From: Nanobdellota archaeon
GTDB taxonomy: Archaea; Nanobdellota; Nanobdellia; Nanobdellales; Nanobdellaceae
Direction: 5' to 3'
Length of the DNA stretch: 32,000 bases
Assembly (NCBI GenBank): GCA_042850255.1
Contig: AP031373.1
Span: forward strand, 600,001-632,000
The position numbers were made by a program, and so were the translations under genes. The notes below the pieces were generated by a model. The model ran no database searches. It was not told where the DNA came from and was given only the letters and a program-made list of their open reading frames with translations. Each line of letters begins with the position of its first letter. Positions within the stretch are counted from its first letter, which is position 1. Positions 15,108-24,973 of the stretch are shown one piece after another.

Positions 15108-17091
15108 TCAATTATATTTATATACTACTGTAGTTTTATTATTAACATTATTATATTTTTTATCAAATTTAGATACAATCTCACAAGAATTACAATTTTA
15201 TTCTAATGTTTATCCTAAATATGGGGAAATATATAAATTAGAAAATGGGAATTATATATATCAGAATATAATAAATTTATATGGATCTACACTAATTCCA
15301 TTTACAGTTTATTATAATTGTTCTTATAATTTATTACAAATTCCAAATTATTTTAATTCAACTCATGTAATTGTATTAGATCAAGATTTTGATTTTTTAC
15401 CTTCCTATCCATCAAATGATTTTGTCACATTCGAAATAATAAACAATAATTCTATAGAATATCAAAATAGTTATTGTATATTTAATGGGTATGAAGTATA
15501 TAATAACAATTTTAATATAACATTTCAAGAATCTGGAAATAATTATTATCAAATAATATTTTATCCACAGAGTATTTTTACTATAAATAAACAATATTTA
15601 GATGAATTAAATAATATATATTCAGTTAATTTTCAATATTTAAATAATTATCAATGTTTATCTGGGCAAATAAATTCTATATCTTTACAGAAAGTATTAA
15701 CAGGAATTACCATTAATTATTTAAATATTAGTAATGCTGTATTAAGTGGAAATAATGTACAAGTAACATTATTCAATGATAATGTTTGTCCAATTAATTT
15801 AAATTATATTTATTATGATAATTATGATATTCCAGAATTTGGTACTAGTTTTAATACATCTTCAGGAAATTATATAATAAATCAAAATCAAGGATTATTA
15901 GTTTATTATAATTATACTTATGATGATTTGTATTTTTGTTTAGAATCTTTGGGAGAACAAAATTGTATACCAATAAATAATGTACCTGTAGAATATTATG
16001 TTCCTTTAACTATTTATAATTCACAAAATATTCCAACTCCACAACCATTTCAGCAAATGATTTATATTCCAGATAATTCTAATATTTATAACTATATAGA
16101 TTCTAATGGACAAAATGTATTATTCTTTAATCCAATAAATGGACAAATATTTTATTCATGGTTTGAAGGTAATAATGGTACTGGATATATTTGGTGGGTA
16201 AAGATTCCAAATGGGATACCTGCGAATAGTAATTATACTATTTATATGGGAATTGGATCAAGTACTACAGATTATTACCAACTATTTTATCCTTATGTAG
16301 GTGCGTCTCCACAAGTTATTCAGGGATATGATAATGGACAAAATGTATTTATAGCATATGGATACTTTAATAATAATTTTAATGGATGGAGTGGATATAT
16401 CTTTTATGATAATTTTGCTCCTAATGCAACGCCTTACGGAATTGAAATGCTAAATGGTACTAATACCGGATGTGAAGGAACGTACATCTTGCCTCCAAAT
16501 AATGAAAATATTCTTGAAATACCATTAATTGTAGAAGAAGCTTGGTATGAAAGTTCTGGGGCAGATGCAAATACTATATCTTTATTTGGAAACACAAATA
16601 GTCAAGTTTTTGCAGATAGTGTAGGTCCTATTACTTGTGGCGGAGGTACACCTGCTTCAAACTCTTCTACATTTGTACAGTTTGAATATTATCCTGGAAC
16701 TTGTAATCAACAATATCCTGACCCAGCTTATTATTTAAAATCTGCATATGCCAATAGTATACTATCTTGGACATCTTTTACTACATCTGCAGGTACATTT
16801 TATACATATTTAATTGTTAACAACACTTATGCACAAACTGGTTGGTATCAATATAGTTCTTCTCAAGTTTGGGCACCTTTAACATTATTAGATACATATT
16901 CTATTAATCAAAATTCATCTACTTATGCTAATCTAAATTATAGTCCATTCCAATATCCTACATTAGAAATAGGAGCTGGGGATTGTGCACCTTCGTATCA
17001 ATATGTAGAATGGGTAGTTGCTAGAGCATATCCTCCAAATGGTGTTATGCCTTCAATTTATACAGGAAATCTAAACCCCTGGCCGCCTTAA
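15097..17091 (+). CDS. large sequon-rich surface protein with DUF2341-like plus C-terminal jelly-roll-like domain
   Basis: N-terminal anchor LYTTVVLLLTLLYFL. DUF2341-like stretch at about 15991-16260: YYVPLTIYNSQNIPTPQPFQQMIYIP...NVLFFNPINGQIFYSWFEG...GYIWWVKIPNGIPANSNYTIYMGIG. C-terminal YVEWVVARAYPPNGVMPS resembles the W-V-R-x-Y..P.P ending of such modules. The start overlaps the upstream gene by 11 nt. Confidence 0.65.
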   Translation: MARSQLYLYTTVVLLLTLLYFLSNLDTISQELQFYSNVYPKYGEIYKLENGNYIYQNIINLYGSTLIPFTVYYNCSYNLLQIPNYFNSTHVIVLDQDFDFLPSYPSNDFVTFEIINNNSIEYQNSYCIFNGYEVYNNNFNITFQESGNNYYQIIFYPQSIFTINKQYLDELNNIYSVNFQYLNNYQCLSGQINSISLQKVLTGITINYLNISNAVLSGNNVQVTLFNDNVCPINLNYIYYDNYDIPEFGTSFNTSSGNYIINQNQGLLVYYNYTYDDLYFCLESLGEQNCIPINNVPVEYYVPLTIYNSQNIPTPQPFQQMIYIPDNSNIYNYIDSNGQNVLFFNPINGQIFYSWFEGNNGTGYIWWVKIPNGIPANSNYTIYMGIGSSTTDYYQLFYPYVGASPQVIQGYDNGQNVFIAYGYFNNNFNGWSGYIFYDNFAPNATPYGIEMLNGTNTGCEGTYILPPNNENILEIPLIVEEAWYESSGADANTISLFGNTNSQVFADSVGPITCGGGTPASNSSTFVQFEYYPGTCNQQYPDPAYYLKSAYANSILSWTSFTTSAGTFYTYLIVNNTYAQTGWYQYSSSQVWAPLTLLDTYSINQNSSTYANLNYSPFQYPTLEIGAGDCAPSYQYVEWVVARAYPPNGVMPSIYTGNLNPWPP

Positions 17092-17810
17092 TATTCTCTA
17101 CAATCCTGGTATGGATGAGAAATAATATAAAATCCTTTTGTAAAATAATCTCTTCTTTTTCCTAATCTAGTTCTAATTATTTGTTTCTTAAATATTTTAT
17201 TTAGGTAATTTAAACTATAATAAATTCCTAAAACTTTATAAAATGAATATAAATGATATCTATTTGGAATCTCATCTTTTTTCTCTGCAAAAGATCCAAT
17301 TAATATATTTAAATATTTTTTCTGTCCAAATTTTAAAAATTCTTTTACAGAATAAAATTTTTCCTTTTTTTCAATTAAATTTTTCATAGAAAATAATATA
17401 GATAAATTATTTTCCTTTATTCTTTTTATACTTGTATAATTTAGTCCTTTAAAATAATATTTTCTATCATAATCTATTGGATCAAATATCCCATTTAAAA
17501 AATATTTTTCCAAAATTTTTTCATTATAATCCAAATTTTTTCCAACTATAAATATTAAATCATTATAATATTTTTCTGAATAAAACAATTCATTTGCAAT
17601 TTCCAAAGATTTTTTAAAATCGTCATTATTTATTAATGCACAATAAAATATATTTAGTTTTTTAAAATATAATATATTTTTTAGTTCAAAATATTTTAAA
17701 TCATTCTTATCAAATACTTCATAACAAAAAACAATATTTTTTATTCTATTTTTATAATATTCTTTTATTAATTCTTCTTCATTATCATTTGGTACACAAA
17801 AATCATACAT
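17088..17810 (-). CDS. RNase P protein component 3 (Rpp30/Rnp3-like, TIM-barrel)
   Basis: By-eye alignment to Pyrococcus Rpp30: MYDFCV start, ILEKYFLNGIFDP ~ AIEKGVDAIISPW, GLNYTSIKRIKENNLSILFSMKNLI ~ GIDH..A...KK.VALGFSLRPLL, ILIGSFAEKKDEIPNRYHLYSFYKVLGI ~ FITSSA.EKW..R.PRDL.SLG...GM. Confidence 0.55.
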   Translation of the reverse strand: MYDFCVPNDNEEELIKEYYKNRIKNIVFCYEVFDKNDLKYFELKNILYFKKLNIFYCALINNDDFKKSLEIANELFYSEKYYNDLIFIVGKNLDYNEKILEKYFLNGIFDPIDYDRKYYFKGLNYTSIKRIKENNLSILFSMKNLIEKKEKFYSVKEFLKFGQKKYLNILIGSFAEKKDEIPNRYHLYSFYKVLGIYYSLNYLNKIFKKQIIRTRLGKRRDYFTKGFYIISHPYQDCREY

Positions 17811-17821
17811 AAAAAATATTT

Positions 17822-18004
17822 TTATTTAGCCTTTTTATATTTACTTTCAATTCTATTATATTCATTCCAAAAATATTCTAAATTATCAGATATAAATTGT
17901 GGTATACCTTCATAGCCGCAATCTAAACATACCCATCTATTATCTTTTGCAAATAAAGGTACTATATTTCTTGAATGACATATAGGACAAATGTAGGATG
18001 CCAT
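17822..18004 (-). CDS. small zinc-ribbon protein
   Basis: CPIC ... CLDC four-cysteine ribbon in a 60-aa ORF packed between Bud32 and Rpp30-like genes. Confidence 0.5.
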   Translation of the reverse strand: MASYICPICHSRNIVPLFAKDNRWVCLDCGYEGIPQFISDNLEYFWNEYNRIESKYKKAK

Positions 18005-18052
18005 AAAATATATAACAAAATCGCAATATTTAAACTATTGTTTATCAATAAT

Positions 18053-18763
18053 TTAAAATAATATTGATTTATATCTTCCCCTTGATTCTACAACTTTTAA
18101 TCTATGTAAAATTTCATTATATTTTTCTGGAAAACCTTCTTTATATCCTTCAAGAATAATATTAAATTTATCTGAAATTCTCCAATGATTTGATTCAAAA
18201 GTTTCTTTAAATAAATGTAAATCTACAGCATAATCTTCTATTCTATTTGAGAAAAAACTTAGACCAAAATCAATAAAATATATATTACCATTATATATAA
18301 TATTCCCGGTAGTTAAATCTCCATGTACAATTTTATTTTTATGCATTATACCTATATATTTTCCTATATTATATAATATTTCTTCATAATTTAATTTTTC
18401 TAAATATTCTGATAATTTATATCCTTCAATATATTCCATTATAATTATTCCATTATCTTCATTATAATATAATAATTTTGGTATATTAATTAAATTATAT
18501 AATCTTTCTAATATTTTTCTTTCAATTCTAGTTCTATATTTTCTAAATTCTTTATCAATAATTTCATTTCTATATTTTTTCTTATATCTATATTTTAATA
18601 CAATTTTGTTTTTTTCATATTCAATTTTAAATTCTGGACTATTTATATTTAATTCATTTAAAAATTCTTTATTAAAGTTAAATATATATTTTTCATTTTT
18701 TTCTTCAGATTCAATTAAGTATATCTTTGCTTCTGCTCCATGTCCTATTAAATTATATTTCAT
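18053..18763 (-). CDS. bud32: KEOPS complex kinase/ATPase Bud32
   Basis: LIGHGAEAKIY, IIMEYIEG, catalytic HGDLTTGNII, IDFGLS, EDYAVDLH. Small RIO-like kinase size (236 aa). Confidence 0.85.
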   Translation of the reverse strand: MKYNLIGHGAEAKIYLIESEEKNEKYIFNFNKEFLNELNINSPEFKIEYEKNKIVLKYRYKKKYRNEIIDKEFRKYRTRIERKILERLYNLINIPKLLYYNEDNGIIIMEYIEGYKLSEYLEKLNYEEILYNIGKYIGIMHKNKIVHGDLTTGNIIYNGNIYFIDFGLSFFSNRIEDYAVDLHLFKETFESNHWRISDKFNIILEGYKEGFPEKYNEILHRLKVVESRGRYKSILF

Positions 18764-18785
18764 GAAAATATATTTTCAATATTTT

Positions 18786-20198
18786 TTATAATTGTTCCTG
18801 TATGCTTCTATTTTCTTTTCCCCTTAATGCAGATAATATTAATCCTACAAATAATATAATAATTCCTAATAATAATGCAGAATGAATACCGTTAATAAAT
18901 TGTGGAGAAATCTTTCCATTATAAGTTCCTAAGAATACTTCAAATGCAATATTTCTAGGAATTGTTAAAGATGCAATTGTTATTGCTAATACATAACTAA
19001 ATAATAATCCAATACTAGATAATGTTCTTTGTAATCCAGAAACTCCGCCATATAAATTTTTCCTAGCATTCGCCATTATTGCGCTATTATTTGCTGGATA
19101 GAAAAATGAAGAACCTAAACCCCCTACTATTGTAATAAACATTATATTATTTAATGGAGAATCTATTCCAGTATTTATTATATATAATATTATTGCAATT
19201 ATCATTAAAAACATACCAACTGTTGCAGGAATTCTTGATCCAATTCTATCAGATAATCTACCAGTAAAAGGTGCTAAAATACTCGCAATTAAATATCCTG
19301 GGATTAATAATAATGATGCTTGGAATGGATTTAAACTTCTAACTCCTTGTAAATACATTATAATAATAAATGCTACGGACATATATCCTAAACTTTGAAA
19401 AAATGATGCTAATAGGGAATAGGTTAATATTCTATTTTTAAATATTGAGAAATCAATTATTGGATTATTTATTTTTCTTTCTATAAATAAAAATACAATA
19501 AATAATATTATTCCAAATATTATTAATAATATATTAAATGTATTAATTCCAATTCCTGCAATATTTGATGCTCCATAACTTATTAATGATAAAGATATTG
19601 CTAATAAAATAGTTCCTGGAATATCAAATTTCCTTTCAACCTTATTTTCAGATTTTATATATTTAAAACCTAAAATTGATGCTATAATTCCTATAGGAAC
19701 ATTAATATAAAATATATATCTCCATCCAATAAATGTGGTTATAATCCCTCCCAAAACAATTCCTAACATTGCACCTACATTCCAACCTACAGATGTAAAT
19801 CCATATGCTTTTCCTCTTTCATTTGGTAGAAAATTATCTGCAATTATCGCTCCTGCATTTGATTGTAACATTGCACCCCCCAATGCCTGTATTCCTCTAA
19901 ATAATATTAAGTAATTAATATCTGGAGAAGCTCCACATAATGCAGATCCTATTGTAAATATAATAAATCCTAAATTATATATTTTATTTCTTCCAACTTT
20001 ATCTCCCAATCTTCCTAATTGTGTAGTTAATACTAATATTATAAATATATAAATTAATATTACCCAAATTGCTGTAAGAAAATTTGTATTTAAATTTTGA
20101 ACTATAGTTGGTAATGCTAGAATCACAATAGTAGAATCTATTGCAGACATTAGAGTACCTAACATTACTATTGAAAGTATAACATACTTATTATTCAT
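18786..20198 (-). CDS. MFS transporter, 14-TMS DHA2 (EmrB/QacA-like)
   Basis: N-terminal [20 protein letters not shown], motif A-like [13 protein letters not shown], about 14 hydrophobic helices, 470 aa. Confidence 0.85.
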   Translation of the reverse strand: MNNKYVILSIVMLGTLMSAIDSTIVILALPTIVQNLNTNFLTAIWVILIYIFIILVLTTQLGRLGDKVGRNKIYNLGFIIFTIGSALCGASPDINYLILFRGIQALGGAMLQSNAGAIIADNFLPNERGKAYGFTSVGWNVGAMLGIVLGGIITTFIGWRYIFYINVPIGIIASILGFKYIKSENKVERKFDIPGTILLAISLSLISYGASNIAGIGINTFNILLIIFGIILFIVFLFIERKINNPIIDFSIFKNRILTYSLLASFFQSLGYMSVAFIIIMYLQGVRSLNPFQASLLLIPGYLIASILAPFTGRLSDRIGSRIPATVGMFLMIIAIILYIINTGIDSPLNNIMFITIVGGLGSSFFYPANNSAIMANARKNLYGGVSGLQRTLSSIGLLFSYVLAITIASLTIPRNIAFEVFLGTYNGKISPQFINGIHSALLLGIIILFVGLILSALRGKENRSIQEQL

Positions 20199-20259
20199 CT
20201 AAATATTATTCAGATTAAGTTATTAAAGGTTTATATTATCTGAAAATTAGAATAGATCT

Positions 20260-20919
20260 ATGTCTATATTATTTGAAAGTAGACCAAAAGAAGTTGAAGA
20301 ACTAGATAAAATTAAATTAAAAGTTAATATTCCGTTTATAAATCATTTTATAGATGTAAACGAATTTTATAAAATATTAGAACATATAATTGAAAATAAA
20401 AAACTTAGAAATGATATAATAAACGAAATATATAACGTTGTAAAGTCTTATGGAAATAGTAATAAGGAAATGATTATAAGATTTATTAAAGAAATACCTA
20501 AGAATAACTATAAAATGAGATTGGAAGTATTATATCGTAATAAAGAAAATATTATAGAGGTAAATGGAATATATTATATTAAAATACATAAATTGAATAT
20601 GGTAGTCACACCATTACTTGTTATTGATGATGAAGAAAAAAGTAAATTAGAAAAAAGAATTAGCGATTTTCTCCTTAAAAATAAAATTAATACAAATCTT
20701 GCAAAAGGTATAGTAGAAAGATGCGAATTTCTAATTAAGAATCCTTATGGTTCTAGAGAACCAATAGGAAATATTCTTTTTACTGAAATACCTGGAAATT
20801 ATAACTATAGATTAGGATATTATGTAGATGAAAGAAATAAATTCATTGTTTTAGTTGGAATATATAAACATATAAATGGAAAAATAAATCCAAATAAACC
20901 AGAAATAAAATTATTATAA
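20260..20919 (+). CDS. hypothetical protein; C-terminal RelE/ParE-like module, apparently internally duplicated
   Basis: The C-terminal NPYGSREPIGNILFTEIPGNYNYRLGYYVDERNKFIVLVGIYKH resembles the RelE/ParE pattern (L.G....YR.R.G.YR..Y..d......+..+.HR). A cognate segment IKEIPKNNYKMRLEVLYRNKENIIEVNGIY occurs in the first half. Confidence 0.4.
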   Translation: MSILFESRPKEVEELDKIKLKVNIPFINHFIDVNEFYKILEHIIENKKLRNDIINEIYNVVKSYGNSNKEMIIRFIKEIPKNNYKMRLEVLYRNKENIIEVNGIYYIKIHKLNMVVTPLLVIDDEEKSKLEKRISDFLLKNKINTNLAKGIVERCEFLIKNPYGSREPIGNILFTEIPGNYNYRLGYYVDERNKFIVLVGIYKHINGKINPNKPEIKLL

Positions 20920-21660
20920 TTTTTCTATTTTTTCTTTAAAATTATAATATCTTTCTAGTAGATCTTTAAATACATCTAAATCAATTTTATCAATTTCTTT
21001 ATGTTCTATTTTCTTCATATAATCATAAACTTCTCTAAAATACTGTTCTATATCTTTTAAAGATCTATTTTTTCTTTTTAGTTCTCCTAATTTTATTATT
21101 ATATCTTCAGGTCCATATACATTTATTTTATTTTTAATCATATAGTATTGTAATAAAGATAATGCAGAATTATATAAACTTTCAAATGATTTTATCAATA
21201 AAAAATTTGAATAATTGATTAATTCTTCAGATCTTTTCTTTAATATATCTAAATATTCTGGAGACGTTTTTATTAATCCAGATTCTAACATTCTTTTTAA
21301 TGATCCGAATATTCCTGTAGGATCTATTATTGGATATCCTTTTCTCAATATATCTAAAACTAATGGATCTCCATTTAATATCATCTCCCAAAATTTTGTT
21401 AATGTTAATGTTGTAGGATGTATTTTTTTATATTTTTCATTTGCTAATATTTTATTTAAATTATCAAAATAAAATGGAACCGTTATATTTAGATCTTTAG
21501 CATAAATATCGTCTACAATTATTAAAATATCAATATCAGATTTTTCATTTTCTTTATTTTCAGCATAAGATCCAAATAAAACTACTGCTTTAACTAATCC
21601 ATCAACTTTATCAACTAATTCTTTGGTAAAATCTATTAAAATATTAAATATATCATCCAT
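20914..21660 (-). CDS. nucleotidyltransferase (Pol-beta/MNT superfamily) fused to a C-terminal helical, KNTase_C/HEPN-like domain
   Basis: VVLFGSYAENKENEKSDIDILIIVDD (GS...DxD), followed by about 130 aa of predicted helices. Confidence 0.7.
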   Translation of the reverse strand: MDDIFNILIDFTKELVDKVDGLVKAVVLFGSYAENKENEKSDIDILIIVDDIYAKDLNITVPFYFDNLNKILANEKYKKIHPTTLTLTKFWEMILNGDPLVLDILRKGYPIIDPTGIFGSLKRMLESGLIKTSPEYLDILKKRSEELINYSNFLLIKSFESLYNSALSLLQYYMIKNKINVYGPEDIIIKLGELKRKNRSLKDIEQYFREVYDYMKKIEHKEIDKIDLDVFKDLLERYYNFKEKIEKL

Positions 21661-21670
21661 AAAAAAATAA

Positions 21671-23083
21671 TCACTCTTGTAATTTTTTAATATTTCTTGT
21701 ATGTAATTCTCTTATATCATTTATATTTAAATATATAGTTGCAAGTCTATCAATTCCCAAACCCCAAGCTAATACAGGATAATTTATATTAAATTGTTTT
21801 AGTAATTCTTCTCTAAATACTCCTGCACCTCCTACTTCTATCCATCCCAATTTAGGATGTTCTGCATATACTTCTACAGAAGGTTCTGTAAAAGGAAAAT
21901 ATGCAGGATAGAATTTAATATTCTTTGCCTTTACGACATTTATTACTAATTCTTCTAAAATTCCCAATAAATCTAAAAATGTTAAATTATCCTCCAATAT
22001 AATTCCTTCCAATTGATTAAATTCTATAAAATGTTTTGCATCAATTGTATCGTATCTGAATACTTTTTCTATTAAAAAATATTTACCAGGTTTTTCAGGA
22101 TTTAATAATGTTTTAGATGATATTGCAGTATTATGTGATATTAACATTGCTCTTTTTGATATATTATCATTAAATGTATTAAAATATTTTAATTGTGTTT
22201 CCTTTACTTTTTCAAATAATTCTTTTGGAAAATCTTCTATATATTCTGGTTTAATATAAAATGCATCCATTATTGATATATCTCCTGCAGGATGATCTTG
22301 TGGTACGAATAATGTATCTAGATCCCAGAAATGTGATACAATTAAACTATATTTATCCATTTCTCTAAATCCCATCGATATTAATTCTTCCCTTACTTTA
22401 TCTAAGAATTCTAAATATGGATTATATCTTCCAATTTTTTCTTCTTCAATATTTATTCTAATTTCATATGGTCTGAATTTTTTATTTTTATATAATTTTT
22501 TATCTATTACTTCTTTTGTATACTTTTCAATATATTCTTCAGGTTTATATTCTTTTAATACTTTTTTACCATTTTCATTTATTTTTGCATAATAATATAT
22601 TATTTCCTTTTCTTCAATTATTCCCTTTCTACCTTTAAATAAATTAATTATATTTTCATCATAATCATTATTTTTTATTTTTTCTAAGTATTTTTCATAT
22701 GTTTCTATATCTTTTATAAATGTTATTTTTCCATTTTCAATTTTTATTGCTCCATTTTTTCTTAAAAATCCTAAAGAATATGATATTTCATTTTTATCAA
22801 AATAATTATTTAATTCTTCTAGACTTATTTCTTTCTTTTCTTTTAATAAATTCAATAATTTTCTTTCAGGTAATCCATCTTTTAAATATTTTTCTCCCAA
22901 TTCTGTTAATACATATTTTTTAACCCTTTTTTCTTCCAAATCAATTAAATTTTTTTCTTTTAAGAATCCTAATGTTCTTAATACTTTATAACTATCTAAA
23001 TTTAATTCTTTTGCAATTTCATTTAATTCTTTATAATTATCAGATAAAATACTTAATACTTTATATTCAATTTCAGATATCAT
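21671..23083 (-). CDS. pheS: phenylalanine--tRNA ligase alpha subunit (archaeal type)
   Basis: Class II motif 2 VFRYDTIDAKHFIEFNQLEGI, motif 3 AWGLGIDRLATIY. N-terminal winged-helix repeats typical of the archaeal/eukaryal alpha subunit. Confidence 0.9.
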   Translation of the reverse strand: MISEIEYKVLSILSDNYKELNEIAKELNLDSYKVLRTLGFLKEKNLIDLEEKRVKKYVLTELGEKYLKDGLPERKLLNLLKEKKEISLEELNNYFDKNEISYSLGFLRKNGAIKIENGKITFIKDIETYEKYLEKIKNNDYDENIINLFKGRKGIIEEKEIIYYYAKINENGKKVLKEYKPEEYIEKYTKEVIDKKLYKNKKFRPYEIRINIEEEKIGRYNPYLEFLDKVREELISMGFREMDKYSLIVSHFWDLDTLFVPQDHPAGDISIMDAFYIKPEYIEDFPKELFEKVKETQLKYFNTFNDNISKRAMLISHNTAISSKTLLNPEKPGKYFLIEKVFRYDTIDAKHFIEFNQLEGIILEDNLTFLDLLGILEELVINVVKAKNIKFYPAYFPFTEPSVEVYAEHPKLGWIEVGGAGVFREELLKQFNINYPVLAWGLGIDRLATIYLNINDIRELHTRNIKKLQE

Positions 23084-24713
23084 CTTTTATATATTTCATT
23101 AATTTTTTTATGCTTATTTCAAATCCTGTTAATGGATAATTTATATCTAATTTTTCTAATAATTCTGGATTTATTTCTCCTATCCATCCAATATTTTCAT
23201 TTACATATATATCACCTTGCCTTCCTTCAATTAAAAATCTATGGTTAGAATTTTTTATTTCATAATTTATCTTTAATTCCTTAAATAATCTTTTCAAAAC
23301 TTTTAATGAATCATTTATTGATACTTCATAATTTGAATAAATAAATAATAAATTAATATCTTCATTAATTTTATTATTTTCTAAATATGCAACCCTATTT
23401 ACTTCAAATATTTTTGCAGGGAATGAAATTTCGGTTCTTTCAGATAATAATTGTAAGAATGATGTTAATAATGATAATCTTACAGAATTATAATTATTTG
23501 ATACAGGATTTATTAATTCTATTATATTTTTATTTTCTTTTAATTCATCATTTATATCTTTTCTAGATAATACTGGAGTATATATTTCAATACAACCCAT
23601 ATTTACCATTATTTTTCTTATTAAATTCATTATTTTTCTTTCTTTTGATAATTCTCCCTTTGTGTATATTTTTATTTTATTTGGTTTTAAATTATTATAT
23701 CCATAAGCAATTAATATTTCTTCAATTATATCATATTCAGATATTATATCATCTCTATAATTTAAATATTCTAATATTAATTTATTATTTTCAATTTTTG
23801 CATTAAATCTCTTTTTATTTAAATATTCAATTATTTGTTCATTATTTAAATTTATTCCTAAATATTTCTTTATTTTATTTAAATCAAATTCTTTTTTAAC
23901 TATATTTAATTGCGGAGTTTTTAATAATTTATCAGGATATATAATATCTACAGAATAAATTTCTCCCCCCCAATCTTTTAATGTTAATATTAATATATTT
24001 AAAGTAATTAATAATTTACTTAAATCTGTTCCAGATACATCAATAAATATATTTTTTGTATCATTATTTAATTTACCAATTTTATTTGAATTTATTATTG
24101 GAGGAAATGATATTATATCATTTTTTGAATCAATTAAAATATAATATTTTTCATTTAATATATATCCATATTTTTTACCTGCTTCAGTATTTTCCAATAT
24201 TTCTTTTAATGTATATTCTTTATCTTCTCCCAAAGGTATAAATTTCGTATTAGGATTTGCTAATTTAAAATATACAGGGAATTGAATTAGATCAAAATTA
24301 TGAGTTCCAATTGCAACCTTTTGTCTATTTCTTCCATAAGATTGAGAAATTTTTTCTTGTAATTGTATTAGATCTTTTAATCTATCTTCATTTAAATTTA
24401 CATTTTTTACAACTGCACCTACTATATATCTATCAACATTTTTATCAACAATTAATTTATAATCCGAATTATTTATTTTTACTTCAGGTACTCCTTTTTC
24501 AATATTCAATATTCCCTTTAATTCCCTTGCAATACCATTAATACAATATAAATCTGGTCTATTAAAATCTTTTACTTCTATTTTTGCATAATTATTATCT
24601 ATTTCATCTAATTCACATTTTATATTTAATAAATATTCTTCTAATTCTTCTTTAGATAAAACTTTTCCTATAGATTTGTATAATTCATTTAAAGATACAT
24701 TAATAACAGCCAT
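23073..24713 (-). CDS. pheT: phenylalanine--tRNA ligase beta subunit (archaeal type)
   Basis: 546 aa. B3/4 region AIGTHNFDLIQFPVYF. It overlaps pheS by 11 nt and shares one base with the upstream stop (TAATG). Confidence 0.9.
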   Translation of the reverse strand: MAVINVSLNELYKSIGKVLSKEELEEYLLNIKCELDEIDNNYAKIEVKDFNRPDLYCINGIARELKGILNIEKGVPEVKINNSDYKLIVDKNVDRYIVGAVVKNVNLNEDRLKDLIQLQEKISQSYGRNRQKVAIGTHNFDLIQFPVYFKLANPNTKFIPLGEDKEYTLKEILENTEAGKKYGYILNEKYYILIDSKNDIISFPPIINSNKIGKLNNDTKNIFIDVSGTDLSKLLITLNILILTLKDWGGEIYSVDIIYPDKLLKTPQLNIVKKEFDLNKIKKYLGINLNNEQIIEYLNKKRFNAKIENNKLILEYLNYRDDIISEYDIIEEILIAYGYNNLKPNKIKIYTKGELSKERKIMNLIRKIMVNMGCIEIYTPVLSRKDINDELKENKNIIELINPVSNNYNSVRLSLLTSFLQLLSERTEISFPAKIFEVNRVAYLENNKINEDINLLFIYSNYEVSINDSLKVLKRLFKELKINYEIKNSNHRFLIEGRQGDIYVNENIGWIGEINPELLEKLDINYPLTGFEISIKKLMKYIKDDI

Positions 24714-24973
24714 TAAACCTCAATACCCAATTTCTTTAAAATCTCTTGTTCTTTTTGTTTATTCTTTATATCCTTTCTTGATATTCCTCTATATCTTGCG
24801 CATGCAGGGCAAATATATATTTTCATAGGACTAGAAATAATTAAAGTTGGGTTTTGACCTTCAGAAACATCAGGTTTTAATTTTGGAGAAATAACCAATT
24901 TTATTGCCTTATCCAATCTTACCATCCTACCACAATAATAACAAGGTACGTATTGGTACTTTTTTTCCTTCAT
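24713..24973 (-). CDS. probable 30S ribosomal protein eS26, N-terminally short
   Basis: VPCYYCGRMVRLDKAIK ... IYICPACARYRGI matches the eS26 pattern (V.C..CG..VP.DKAI ... Y.C..CA.H). Basic C-terminal tail. Confidence 0.6.
   Translation of the reverse strand: MKEKKYQYVPCYYCGRMVRLDKAIKLVISPKLKPDVSEGQNPTLIISSPMKIYICPACARYRGISRKDIKNKQKEQEILKKLGIEV

Noticed and set aside
20209-20244. 7-bp inverted repeat TTCAGAT / ATCTGAA with a 22-nt spacer in the divergent MFS / 20260 promoter region, as a possible operator.
   Set aside because: A 7-mer inverted repeat is expected by chance fairly often in DNA this AT-rich. The flanks do not extend the symmetry, and nothing else supports it.
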